From: Nemertoderma westbladi
Lineage: Eukaryota; Animalia; Xenacoelomorpha
Length of the DNA: 36,728 nucleotides
Assembly: GCA_032718475.1 (NCBI GenBank)
Contig: JAUCBJ010004878.1
Span: 1 to 36,728, forward strand
Direction of reading: 5' to 3'
Shown here: positions 1 through 10,800 of the stretch, piece after piece
How positions within the stretch are numbered: the stretch's first letter is position 1
Layout of the letters: every line of letters begins with the position of its first letter
The notes under the pieces: generated by a model
The model's database searches: none
Told to the model about the DNA's origin: nothing
Seen by the model: only the letters and a program-made list of their open reading frames with translations
Made by a program: the position numbers and the translations under genes

Positions 1-180
1 AATCCTTGGTGAATGTCAGCTCAACGTACGGACAGACAAGCAATCGTTCTTCTAGAAGTAAAATTAAAAGGTAAAGTTTCATTAATAATATTTCGTTGAT
101 ACCAGTAGTAGTGACTAAAAGTGCTGAGGAATAATAAATTATAGAAATTGTTGAAAATTATTATAAAGCATAGTTTTGAT

Positions 181-649
181 GGTTACTACGGTAACCAGGT
201 AGTAAAATAATTTTATAAATTTGTTACAATTATACAAACCAATAATTTTTCATGAAGGTATGTCAGTACCAATAAGAATATTCCAATAAATACATATTTA
301 AAGTTGAATACCAGTTGCTATGGCAACCTTAAGTACAAAATATACCCCCCCCCCCCCCACCCGGCGGCGCGCAAGAAATGAAGAGATATTATTATCTTGA
401 TCAGCATTATTGAATTTCCTAAAAAGAAAAATTCTAACTTTTTATCTGAAATATAGGTGAAAAGTGTATATTTTAAATCGTCGCTGCTGGTAGCTATGGT
501 AACTAGGTGATGTTAAAACCTACACAGAATATAGGCAACTAACCAAATTATACCTGATTCAAGTTTTGACTTAATCGATATAAGTGTTCAGTTGTAAAAT
601 GCAAAATAAATGTATATATTGAAATTACATTACTGGTTGCTATGGTAAT
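181..649. repeat. Four spaced imperfect palindromes GTTRCYAYGGYAAC (RFX X-box-like), probably inside a non-autonomous repeat
   Basis: ggttactacggtaacc (181), gttgctatggcaac (314), gtagctatggtaac (490), gttgctatggtaat (636); spacing about 130-175 bp. Confidence 0.55.
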
Positions 650-815
650 TGGCAGCAAAAAAAATTTCCTCAAAAGGTAGAAAATTTACTAATCTAGAAT
701 TAGTGAAATTTTTGTGACCAGCAGATAAAGTGGGAAAAAGTTATTAAAGTTGAAAGTTACCCCACTAAATTTTTACGCCTGCAGCAGCATTCCGGGTCGT
801 GTTATAGTAGGTCAT

Positions 816-1585
816 GTGCAGCACCACATTTGACACCAAAAAAGACCATTAAACACCCATATTTTGCCATTTTCGGAATCAGCGCCGAAAATTAGCCTAT
901 AGGTATTAAAACCCCAAAAAAAGGTCATTTTTGAAAAATTTAAAAAAAAAATTCACTTTTGCTGCATATCTGTTTGGTCAGTTGTAATCAAATTTAAAAC
1001 TCGTTTTTCTCGGCTTCTCATATTTTTCCTACTAGTTCTGTAACTTTTAACATATTTTAATTCTGTTTGCGTTTTTTCGAAGCTCCTGGTGTCGCCAACA
1101 AACGATACTACAAGATTTATTATTTTTTTTAAATATATCAAAAGTTACAGCATTTCAAATATCAAAATATGCTAAAAATTCTAGTCTTTTCAAAATTCGG
1201 GTATTTTTAGCATAGTTTGATATTTTAAATGCTGTAACTTTTGATATAATTAAAAAAAATAAGTCTGGTAGTATCGTTTGTTGGCGACACCAGGAGCTTC
1301 GAAAAAACGCAAACAGAATTAAAATCTGTTAAAAATTACAGAACTAGTAGGGAATTATGTGAAAAAAATGATAAACCGAGAAAAACTTGTTTTGAATTTC
1401 CTCCTGATTACAACTGACCAAACATGCACTAAAAGTGAATTTTTTTTAAATTTTTCAAAAATGACCTTCTTTTGGGGTTTTGATACCTATAGGCTAATTT
1501 TCGGCGCCGATTCCGAAAATGGCAAAATATTTCGACATTTCTGGGTGTTTGGTGGTCTTTTTTGGTGTCAAATGTGGTGATGCAC
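816..1585. mobile_element. Foldback/MITE-like element with ~360-bp imperfect inverted arms
   Basis: gtgcagcaccacatttgacaccaaa (816) pairs with tttggtgtcaaatgtggtgatgcac (ends 1585). Internal blocks such as gaagctcctggtgtcgccaacaaacgatac also pair. Loop about 1180-1202. No TSD seen. Confidence 0.8.
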
Positions 1586-1780
1586 CAAAATTAAGAATTT
1601 TCAAATTTTGGATGAAAATTACAAAAGTTGCCAAAACTCGAGAACAAAACAAGTTATCGAAAAACTGATTTCAGATTTGGAATCACCACAAAAATTTACA
1701 TCGTAAAACACTGAACACACAAAAAAATCTGATAAAAAAAGACAAGGGTAAACCCCCCTCCCCAATGGATTAAAAAATAG

Positions 1781-2469
1781 ATTTTATTCTTAAATTAGTA
1801 CTTTTTCACTTGAATTTAGACCAAAACAGGGAGAAAAAGTATCACTTTTTTCCCCTATGGGAAAAAAGTAACCCATAGGATTGCATTGATTTTACTTTTT
1901 TTCCCGGCGAAAAAAGTAAAATAAAATATTTTTGGTGGAATTTCTTAAATTATTAAGTTATTATTATGTATGTTCAAAGAGCATTGACGTAGAAAAGGTT
2001 TGCACGTAATTTGAGCAAAATCCATTCACACACTCAAAAGTTATTGCAACTTTAGTGTCTGCAAGGCGTACTCCAAAACGGAACTCAATATCCAATATTG
2101 GTTTATGTTGTTAAGCGGCTCTCTAGTTACGTAATAAATATTCGAGAACACTAAATTATTTAACATTGAGTAAGGCAGCATCAGGAGTTGAAGAGTACAG
2201 TAATTTGAATTGCAGTAACTATGGAAGCAATATAGTAAAATACTCATAGTTCAATTTATTTTGTACCACTATATCGCTGTACGTTTTATTAAAGAATTAA
2301 GCAACAAAAAAGTACCAATTTAAGAATAAAATTACGTATTACATGGGAAAAAAACGTAGAACATTTTTTTTCAATATTCTCTCGACCCTTTATTGACCTT
2401 CCTGACGCTCGGTAAATAAAATACCTCGAGAATAATGAAAAAAAGTTCTACATTTTTTCCCATGTAATA
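1781..2469. mobile_element. Non-autonomous inverted-repeat element ending in a ~130-bp hairpin (2337-2469); partial second copy at 23321-23390
   Basis: attttattcttaaattagtacttttt (1781) pairs with aaaaagtaccaatttaagaataaaat (to 2332). Hairpin tattacatgggaaaaaa...ttttttcccatgtaata. The motif cctcgagaa...ttttttcccatgtaataaataat recurs at 23321-23390. Confidence 0.65.
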
Positions 2470-2478
2470 AATAATTAT

Positions 2479-3300
2479 TTTTTACTTCTTCTAGAACGGA
2501 ATTTTTTGGTAATTCTGATTTCTGAAACTGTAAACGAAAGTTTCATATCTATTTTACTTTTGGAGTTATTTGAATTTTTGTAGACCTCAACAATTTTGAA
2601 ATGATTATATTTTTAAGTGGCCAATTTTTTGTAAGATAGGCATTACATTTTCAAAATACTGTAATGAATTTGTTTGGTCTACATGATAATTTTCGCCATA
2701 TGAGTTTTCCTGTTCAGTGATTTCATTTGTAATGTTACTTTCCACGGCTGACGGATGCTAGACTGTGAATCAGTCTGTCTGTTTGTCTGTCAAAAATTAT
2801 GGAAACCTGACAGCTCACAAAATGTTTTGCTTTGGGTGTATTTTTGGAAGGCGATTCCATTATCCATATCGATTACCGATTTGACAGGATCCAGGTTGTC
2901 TGATTGTCGGTTAGTCTGTCTGTTGGTCGGTGAAAAATTAAGCTAATAAAATGTTTCACTTTAGGGTTAGGGTTAGGGCTTTTCGAGGACGGTGATTTCA
3001 TTTCCGAAGTCACATTTCATGTTTGATAGACCGTCTGTCGGCCTGTTTGTCTGTCAAAAAACGTAGAGACCTTAAATAATCAGTCAAACGTGAAAATAGA
3101 CATCGGAAATGAAATCACAATCCAAGAAAACTCATATATATTTTTTTTTTTATCAATTTGAATGATTTCTCTCTTTTTGACAGACAAACAGACAGACAGA
3201 GACAGACAACAGACAGACAGTTTAGATTTCGTCAAACCAGAAAATGGACATTTTAAATAAACAGACAGTCAGACAGACTTACCAATAACAGGCAGACAAT
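2479..3300. mobile_element. Repeat carrying (CTGT)n/(GACA)n microsatellites and a short (TTAGGG)3; possibly Helentron/HINE-like
   Basis: Starts ttttacttcttctagaacg, which resembles the reverse complement of cgttcttctagaagtaaaa at 46-64. gtctgtctgtttgtctgtc and gacagaca tracts; ttagggttagggttaggg near 2960. Confidence 0.4.
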
Positions 3301-3304
3301 AGTT

Positions 3305-3622
3305 CACGCGCAATCGTTTCGGTTAAGGTTTAGTTTTTATCAATCTAAGAGATTTTTGTTTAGTTTCGTTTTTTTCAAAAATCTTTGATTACGGGTATAT
3401 CAAATAAAAGTTTTAAATAAAGTGATTAATTACTTTGTAATTTAACGAAACGAAACTTTAACGAAACGTAACACCATTATTTCGTTTTTCGTTTCGTTTC
3501 GTTATTTGCACATATTTCTATTTCGTTTTTTCGGTTCGTTTATCATTTTTTCGTTACTTTATTTTTTCGTTTCGTTATTGCCAAAAATACTTTGTTTCGT
3601 TCGTTTTGTTATGCCATCCCTG
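3305..3622. repeat. TTCGTT-rich subterminal repeat of a MITE-like end (ends gccatccctg)
   Basis: Dense tttcgtt/aacgaaa motifs at 3315-3610; terminal CCCTG resembles a hAT-type TIR end. Confidence 0.4.
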
Positions 3623-3931
3623 GTGAAAACCGACATCGTAATTGAGATTATCGGCAAGCAAAAACCCCCAATGCAAAAAAGTGGGTGGTGTGCTTTACTT
3701 AATTATTCCTTATATTTATTGACATTTAATTATTCCTTATATTTATTTATTTATTGACCGATATTATGAATTAATTAAATCATTCATGACTGTTGTTAAG
3801 GAAACAGACAGCTGGAATTGAGTTTTCAAGTGTGGCAAAATGTTGTCTGTCTGTGGAAGCAGTCTCTGTTCCAGTAAAGTGTTCAAAAGTAAATAAATAA
3901 ATCAATCGATAGATCCTTGTGTACTACTAAC

Positions 3932-4057
3932 CTTGTGGTTGAACTCGAGCTGAAAGTTCGCCTCGTACTCACTGGTTTCCCCAGATCTCACGGCCTGCTT
4001 CACTTTTCCGTAGGTTTCACCATCATAAACGTCGACTGTGATCAATCCAACCGGCGC
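3932..4057 (-). CDS. SSR4: SSR4 (translocon-associated protein delta) coding exon 4: APVGLITVDVYDGETYGKVKQAVRSGETSEYEANFQLEFNHK
   Basis: Acceptor tttgttgtccag, donor AAG|gttagt, 126 bp, phase 0/0. Matches the recalled SSR4 segment [25 protein letters not shown]...VDHR. Confidence 0.85.
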
Positions 4058-4488
4058 CTGGACAACAAACATAACAGAAAAGTAATATTTAAATCTCCCC
4101 GAAGATTGGCCAATTTAAAAAAAAAAATTTCGGCCGTTAATTCAATTACTATTCGTGGAATAATGTTTGTTAAGTGTATGGAAAAAGCTTCAGTTAAAAA
4201 ACATTCGATACTACCAAAATAGGAAACGTTAGTGGCCGGGTCCAAACTGGTCAGTGGTAAGCCAAAATAATATAACAAGGTCAATCTATGTGCTCGTTCA
4301 ACAATTAATCAGCAGTAAATCTTACATTTCGCAATAATATTAGCTATTAGGTACAACGCGTAATAACACATGGCCTGAGTAACACCGTAATAAAGTGCGT
4401 GCGAAATTACACCTAACACCTTGTCGTCTGAGTCTGGCAAGGTGTTAATTGAATAAAACCAATACTTAATGACACAATGTGGTGCTAC

Positions 4489-4590
4489 CTGTGAGTGAGA
4501 TGAGGTCCATGATAGCTGGTATCGCTTGTTGTCCAGAGATTTGGTGACTTGAATAAAAGAATCGTCAACTTTAGCGTAGAGATTCAATTC
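4489..4590 (-). CDS. SSR4: SSR4 coding exon 3: ELNLYAKVDDSFIQVTKSLDNKRYQLSWTSSHSQ
   Basis: Acceptor tcttacag, donor CAG|gtagca, 102 bp, phase 0/0. Matches SSR4 NMALYADVGG...VTRGQDVGRYQVSWSLDH. Confidence 0.88.
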
Positions 4591-4693
4591 CTGTAAGACA
4601 ATAATGTTTACATGGTAGCGATGCCGCTAAAAAATAATAGCAGTGCAGCTGAGGTGCACCTAATAATTATTTTAGCGGACGAACGATAACATC

Positions 4694-4724
<31 letters not shown>

Positions 4725-5354
4725 TAGTTTACGCAACAAGTCAACTATTCTGGTAGACTACAATAATCCATCAAAGCAATCAATCTCAATTATTGCAAAA
4801 TATGATAAGTGATATTATATTAGCAGAAGGACTATTTACACAGACCTGTTGCAACTGTCACAGAACACATATAATTACTAGAATATAACTGTTGCTATGT
4901 TTGCCAAACAAATAAGTACAAAGGACATTGAGGTCAAATTAACATACATACATAGATACGATAGAAATTATTAATGAACTTCATTCATTTACGAATTTAC
5001 ACGTAACTTGGTAACAAAATCATTGACTAACACGAGTTAATTAATGTTAATAAATTAATCTATGCGCCCATTACCTGGGACACCATTAACACCGGAATTG
5101 ATCCAGTTGCACCGCAATATTCGCCTCGCAACGTATGATGTACCTTAGTTCAAAAAATGTAATTTTCTCATAGGTTTTCACAAATTCGCAATTTTTTAAA
5201 AGTTAAGGACAAAAGATTTTATTTTAATTATCATTCGTTCTCATATAAAGTTGTAATTTTGCAATGAAAAATGACAAAAATGTTTCAAGATATTGTGCTA
5301 AAAAATACGTTAAAATTTAATAAGCAATGTTTTAAGATACATATTTTTATACAT

Positions 5355-5522
5355 AAATTTGTTCCTTTTCGGAAAATTGTCATTTTATTTGTATTATTAT
5401 TGTTGGTATTGTTTATTATTTGTATCATCATATTGTTGTTACAATATGATGATACAAATAATAAACAATACCAACAATAATAATACAAATAAAATGACAA
5501 TTTTCCGAAAAGGAACAAATTT
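5355..5522. repeat. Perfect AT-rich palindrome, 82-bp arms, 4-nt loop (tgtt)
   Basis: Checked base by base: 5355-5436 is the exact reverse complement of 5441-5522. Confidence 0.95.
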
Positions 5523-5803
5523 TATATTTTAAACTGGTAAGAAAAAGTGAGAACTTTGGGCTAAGTTTTACACCTATGTGATGAATACCTGGTTTTCATT
5601 TTTCAGTTAAAATTTTATTGAAATTTGAAGTTTTTCAGTTAAAATCATAAAATTGGAATTTTAAATATGAAGAATTTGTATTTCTTTAAATGTCTCCTTA
5701 TTAAGTGTAAGTGTTTTATATGGGATATTAATGTATTATAACCGATTACCCCTAGGTACTAATTCGTGTATTCACTCCTTCTGTAACCTTGGTTTCAACA
5801 ATC

Positions 5804-5924
5804 AGCCAATCACAATTAAATTTGCCTATGTCAGTACCGTATCATGTATTCCAGTTAAAGTTTAGCCTAGATAAATAATTCAAAATAGTTCATCAGACTG
5901 TCAGTTTAATTACTTTTTATAAAA
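5804..5924 (+). promoter_or_regulatory. Candidate IMPDH proximal promoter: CCAAT box (agccaatca, 5804-5812) and TATAAAA (5918-5924)
   Basis: Consensus-like motifs about 150 and 35 bp upstream of the ATG; motif match only. Confidence 0.35.
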
Positions 5925-5957
5925 TTACTTTTTCACTAATCGCTCTACAACTAATCG

Positions 5958-7499
5958 ATGGCGGATTACCACATCTCGGGATACACACCGGACGACGGTA
6001 CAACAGCGGCGCAGCTTCTCAGCGGCGATGGACTCACCTACAACGACTTCGTTATCCTTCCCGGCTACATCGACTTCACTTCCGACGAGGTCGATCTGAG
6101 TTCCGCGTTAACCAAAAAAGTAACCTTAAAAACGCCGATCGCATCTACCCCAATGGACACGGTGACCGAAGCAAACATGGCCATCGCGATGGCACTGCAA
6201 GGGGGAATAGGGATAATCCATCACAACTGTACGGCGGAGTTCCAAGCCAGCGAAGTTCGGAAAGTGAAGAAGTTCGAGCAAGGATTCATAGTGGACCCCT
6301 TGGTTCTCTCACCACGAAACACTGTAGTTGACGTGATAGCGGCAAAAGCGAAACACGGCTTCTCAGGCATTCCAATAACCGATACAGGGAATATAGGCGG
6401 TCGTTTAGTGGGGATTGTAACGAGCAGAGACGTGGATTTCCTAACGAGCGAAGAACAGAAAACGACGCCACTCACAGATGTGATGACGCCTAGGGACCAG
6501 CTGGTCGTCGCTCAGGCCAACGTCACGCTCAAAGAGGCAAATTTAATCCTTCAACGGAGTAAAAAGGGTAAACTTCCGATAGTAAACGAGAACGACGAAC
6601 TTATTTCCATTATCTCTCGGACTGATTTGAAGAAGAACCGAGAGTTCCCGCTCGCCTCCAAGGATTCCAAGAAACAGCTGCTATGCGGAGCGGCAGTGGG
6701 AACGCGATTCGAAGACCGAGAAAGAGTCCAACTACTGGCCAAGGCCGGGATCGACGTGGTTGTCCTCGACTCGTCGCAGGGGAACTCGAGTTACCAGGTC
6801 GATATGATCAAATACATCCGTAGCTGCGACGAACTCCGCGGTGTCGAGATCGTAGCGGGTAACGTGGTAACGTCGGCGCAAGCCAAGAATCTAATAGACG
6901 TCGGGGCGGACGCGTTACGGGTGGGGATGGGCTGCGGGAGTATCTGCACGACGCAGGAGGTGCTGGCGGTGGGCCGGCCCCAGGCCACCGCCGTGTACCG
7001 GGTCGCCGAGTACGCGAGACGTTTCGGGGTCCCCGTCATCGCGGACGGCGGTATCAGCAGCGTCGGCGGCATCATTAAAGCCCTCGCGCTGGGCGCCTCT
7101 ACCGTAATGATGGGCAGCATGTTGGCGGGAACCACAGAGGCACCCGGACAATACTTTTTCCAGGATGGAATTCGGTTGAAAAAGTACCGCGGTATGGGAT
7201 CCCTAGACGCGATGGAGGCGAATAAAGGTAGTCAGCAGCGGTACTTCAGCGAGACGGATAAGGTTAAAGTCGCGCAAGGAGTCAGTGGAAGCATCGTGGA
7301 TAAGGGTTCCATTCACAAGTTTGTCCCTTATCTCATATCGGGGATACAACACGGGTGTCAGGACTGCGGGGCCAAATCGTTGCGCTCGCTACGCTCGGGA
7401 ATGTATGCCGGCGAGCTGAAGTTCGAAAAAAGAAGTCCATCAGCCCAGGTTGAAGGGGGCGTCCATGGTCTGTATAACTACGAGAAGAAACTCTATTAA
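5958..7499 (+). CDS. IMPDH: Inosine-5'-monophosphate dehydrogenase, eukaryote/animal type, intronless, 513 aa
   Basis: N-terminus MADY...[20 protein letters not shown] (Bateman) pair, catalytic loop GMGCGSIC330[20 protein letters not shown], flap VAQGVSG, C-terminus [13 protein letters not shown]. Uninterrupted frame. Confidence 0.98.
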   Translation: MADYHISGYTPDDGTTAAQLLSGDGLTYNDFVILPGYIDFTSDEVDLSSALTKKVTLKTPIASTPMDTVTEANMAIAMALQGGIGIIHHNCTAEFQASEVRKVKKFEQGFIVDPLVLSPRNTVVDVIAAKAKHGFSGIPITDTGNIGGRLVGIVTSRDVDFLTSEEQKTTPLTDVMTPRDQLVVAQANVTLKEANLILQRSKKGKLPIVNENDELISIISRTDLKKNREFPLASKDSKKQLLCGAAVGTRFEDRERVQLLAKAGIDVVVLDSSQGNSSYQVDMIKYIRSCDELRGVEIVAGNVVTSAQAKNLIDVGADALRVGMGCGSICTTQEVLAVGRPQATAVYRVAEYARRFGVPVIADGGISSVGGIIKALALGASTVMMGSMLAGTTEAPGQYFFQDGIRLKKYRGMGSLDAMEANKGSQQRYFSETDKVKVAQGVSGSIVDKGSIHKFVPYLISGIQHGCQDCGAKSLRSLRSGMYAGELKFEKRSPSAQVEGGVHGLYNYEKKLY

Positions 7500-7806
7500 C
7501 TTAGGGGATCAGTAATAATAGGGGGAGATCTTTAGTAATTAATAATAAGAGCAATTCGTAGACATGGTTTAATAGTACAGCAGTAGCACTTCTATATAAT
7601 TGTAAAAAGGTGGTCCTTTACAATAATAATTATCGATAATATTCAATTTAATTTATTTATTTATATACTAAATTTGTTTATCACAGTATTGATTACTTAT
7701 ATCGAAATAATTCGTTGTAGGGTATAAAGTATTTCTTCATACACAATTCGGCTGATTGTATTTACCTGTATGTTAATAACCATTTCCATTAGCAGCAATA
7801 TCGTTT

Positions 7807-7812
7807 AATAAA
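7807..7812 (+). terminator. Candidate polyadenylation signal of IMPDH
   Basis: AATAAA about 310 bp after the stop codon and about 80 bp before the satellite; AT-rich context makes chance matches likely. Confidence 0.35.
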
Positions 7813-7890
7813 TAGCAAATATCGTTTATATTTAGACAACACAAATTATTTATTTACCACCGATTCAGAAGTACGTCCGAATTATGTAAT

Positions 7891-10800
7891 ATGAATGGAG
7901 TACGACTGGAGTATGTATGGAGTACCGACTAGAGTATGTATGGAGTACGACTGGAGTATGTATGGAGTACGACTGGAGTATGTATGGAGTACGAATGGAG
8001 TATATATAGAGTACGACTGGAGTATGGTATGTATGGAGTACGACTGGAGTATGTATGGAGTACGACTGGAGTATGTATGGAGTACGACTGGAGTATGGTA
8101 TGTATGGAGTACGACTGGAGTATATATGGAGTACGACTGGAGTATGTATGGAGTACGACTGGAGTATGTATGGAGTACGAATGGAGTATATATGGAGTAC
8201 GACTGGAGTATGGTATGTATGGAGTACGACTGGAGTATGTATGGAGTACGACTGGAGTATGTATGGAGTACGACTGGAGTATGGTATGTATGGAGTACGA
8301 CTGGAGTATGTATGGAGTACGACTGGAGTATGTATGGAGTACGAATGGAGTATATATGGAGTACGACTGGAGTATGGTATGTATGGAGTACGACTGGAGT
8401 ATGTATGGAGTACGACTGGAGTATGTATGGAGTACTACTTGAGTATGTATTGAGTACGACTGGAGTATGTATGGAGTACGACTGGAGTATGTATGGAGTA
8501 CGACTGGAGTATGTATGGAGTACGACTGGAGTATGTATGGAGTACCGACTAGAGTATGTATGGAGTACGACTGGAGTATGTATGGAGTACGACTGGAGTA
8601 TGTATGGAGTACGAATGGAGTATATATGGAGTACGACTGGAGTATGGTATGTATGGAGTACGACTGGAGTATGTATGGAGTACGACTGGAGTATGTATGG
8701 AGTACGACTGGAGTATGGTATGTATGGAGTACGACTGGAGTATGTATGGAGTACGACTGGAGTATGTATGGAGTACGACTGGAGTATGTATGGAGTACCG
8801 ACTATAGTATGTATGGAGTACGACTGGAGTATGTATGGAGTACGACTGGAGTATGTATGGAGTACGACTGGAGTATGTATGGAGTACGACTGGAGTATGT
8901 ATGGAGTACGACTGGAGTATGTATGGAGTACGACTGCAGTATGTATGGAGTACGACTGGAGTATGTATGGAGTACGACTGGAGTATGTATGGAGTACGAC
9001 TGGAGTATGTATGGAGTACGACTGGAGTATGTATGGAGTACGACTGGAGTATGTATGGAGTACGAATGGAGTATGTATGGAGTACGAATGGAGTATGTAT
9101 GGAGTACGAATGGAGTATATATGGAGTACGAATGGAGTATATATGGAGTACGACTGGAGTATGGTATGTATGGAGTACGACTGGAGTACGACTGGAGTAT
9201 GTATGGAGTACGACTGGAGTATGGTATGTATGGAGTACGACTGGAGTATGTATGGAGTACGACTGGAGTATGTATGGAGTACGACTGGAGTATGTATGGA
9301 GTACCGACTATAGTATGTATGGAGTACGACTGGAGTATGTATGGAGTACGACTGGAGTATGTATGGAGTACGACTGGAGTATGTATGGAGTACGACTGGA
9401 GTATGTATGGAGTACGACTGCAGTATGTATGGAGTACGACTGGAGTATGTATGGAGTACGACTGGAGTATGTATGGAGTACGACTGCAGTATGTATGGAG
9501 TACGACTGGAGTATGTATGGAGTACGACTGGAGTATGTATGAAGTACGACTGGAGTATGTATGGAGTACGACTGGAGTATGTATGGAGTACGAATGGAGT
9601 ATGTATGGAGTACGACTGGAGTATGTATGGAGTACTACTTGAGTATGTATGGAGTACGACTGGAGTATGTATGGAGTACGACTGGAGTATGTATGGAGTA
9701 CGAATGGAGTATATATGGAGTACGATTGGAGTATATGTATGGAATACGACTGGAGTATGTATTGAATGCGACTGGAGTATGTATGGAGTACTACTTGAGT
9801 ATGTATTGAGTACGACTGGAGTATGTATGGAGTACGACTGGAGTATGTATGGAGTACGACTGGAGTATGTATGGAGTACGAATGGAGTATATATGGAGTA
9901 CGATTGGAGTATGGTATGTATGGAGTACGACTGGAGTATGTATGGAGTACGTCTGGAGTATGTATGGAGTACGACTGGAGTATGGTATGTATGGAGTACG
10001 ACTGGAGTACGTATGGAGTACGAATGGAGTATGTATGGAGTATTTATGGACTACGATTGGAGTATGGTATGTATGGAGTACGACTGGAGTATGTATGGAG
10101 TACGTCTGGAGTATGTATGGAGTACGACTGGAGTATGTATGGAGTACGACTGGAGTATGTATCAGGTACGGCTGGAGTATGTATGGAGTGGAGTATGTAT
10201 GGAGTACGACTGGAGTATGTATGGAGTACGACTGAGTATGTATGGAGTACGACTGGAGTACGTATGGAGTACGACTGAGTATGTATGGAGTACGACTGGA
10301 GTATGTATGGAGTACTACTTGAGTATGTATGGAGTACTACTTGAGTATGTATGGAGTACGACTGGAGTATGTATGGAGTACGACTGGAGTATGTATGGAG
10401 TACGACTGGAGTATGGTTTGTATGGAATACGACTGGAGTATGTATGGAGTACGACTGGAGTATGTATGGAGTACGACTGGAGTACGTATGGAGTACGACT
10501 GGAGTATGTATGGAGTACGACTGGAGTATGGTATGTATGGAGTACGACTGGAGTATGGTATGTATGGAGTACAACTGGAGCATGTATGGAGTACGACTGG
10601 AGTATGTATGGAGTACGACTGGAGTATGTATGGAGTACGACTGGAGTATGGTATGTATGGAGTACGACTGGAGTATGGTATGTATGGAGTACGACTGGAG
10701 TATGTATGGAGTACGTCTGGAGTATGTATGGAGTACGACTGGAGTATGGTATGTATGGAGTACGACTGGAGTAAGTATGGAGTACGTCTGGAGTATGTAT

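Noticed and set aside
1-3931. Final transmembrane exon of SSR4
   Set aside because: No minus-strand segment resembling G.W.GPWV..E..A...YY.AF..K was found by eye; it is probably left of the window, but it may have been missed.
4309-4488. C-terminal part of the 92-aa ORF as coding
   Set aside because: SSR4 similarity stops at the CAG|gtagca donor (4489); the rest is intron read-through.
6221-7151. Antisense ORFs inside IMPDH (and alternative-frame ORFs inside FIG4 and the gluconokinase)
   Set aside because: Shadow ORFs of GC-rich coding sequence with no recognisable motifs.
5958-7499. Bacterial guaB contamination or transfer
   Set aside because: The termini, GMGCGS loop and QEV motif are eukaryote/animal type, and the FIG4 exon shows similarly GC- and CpG-rich coding.
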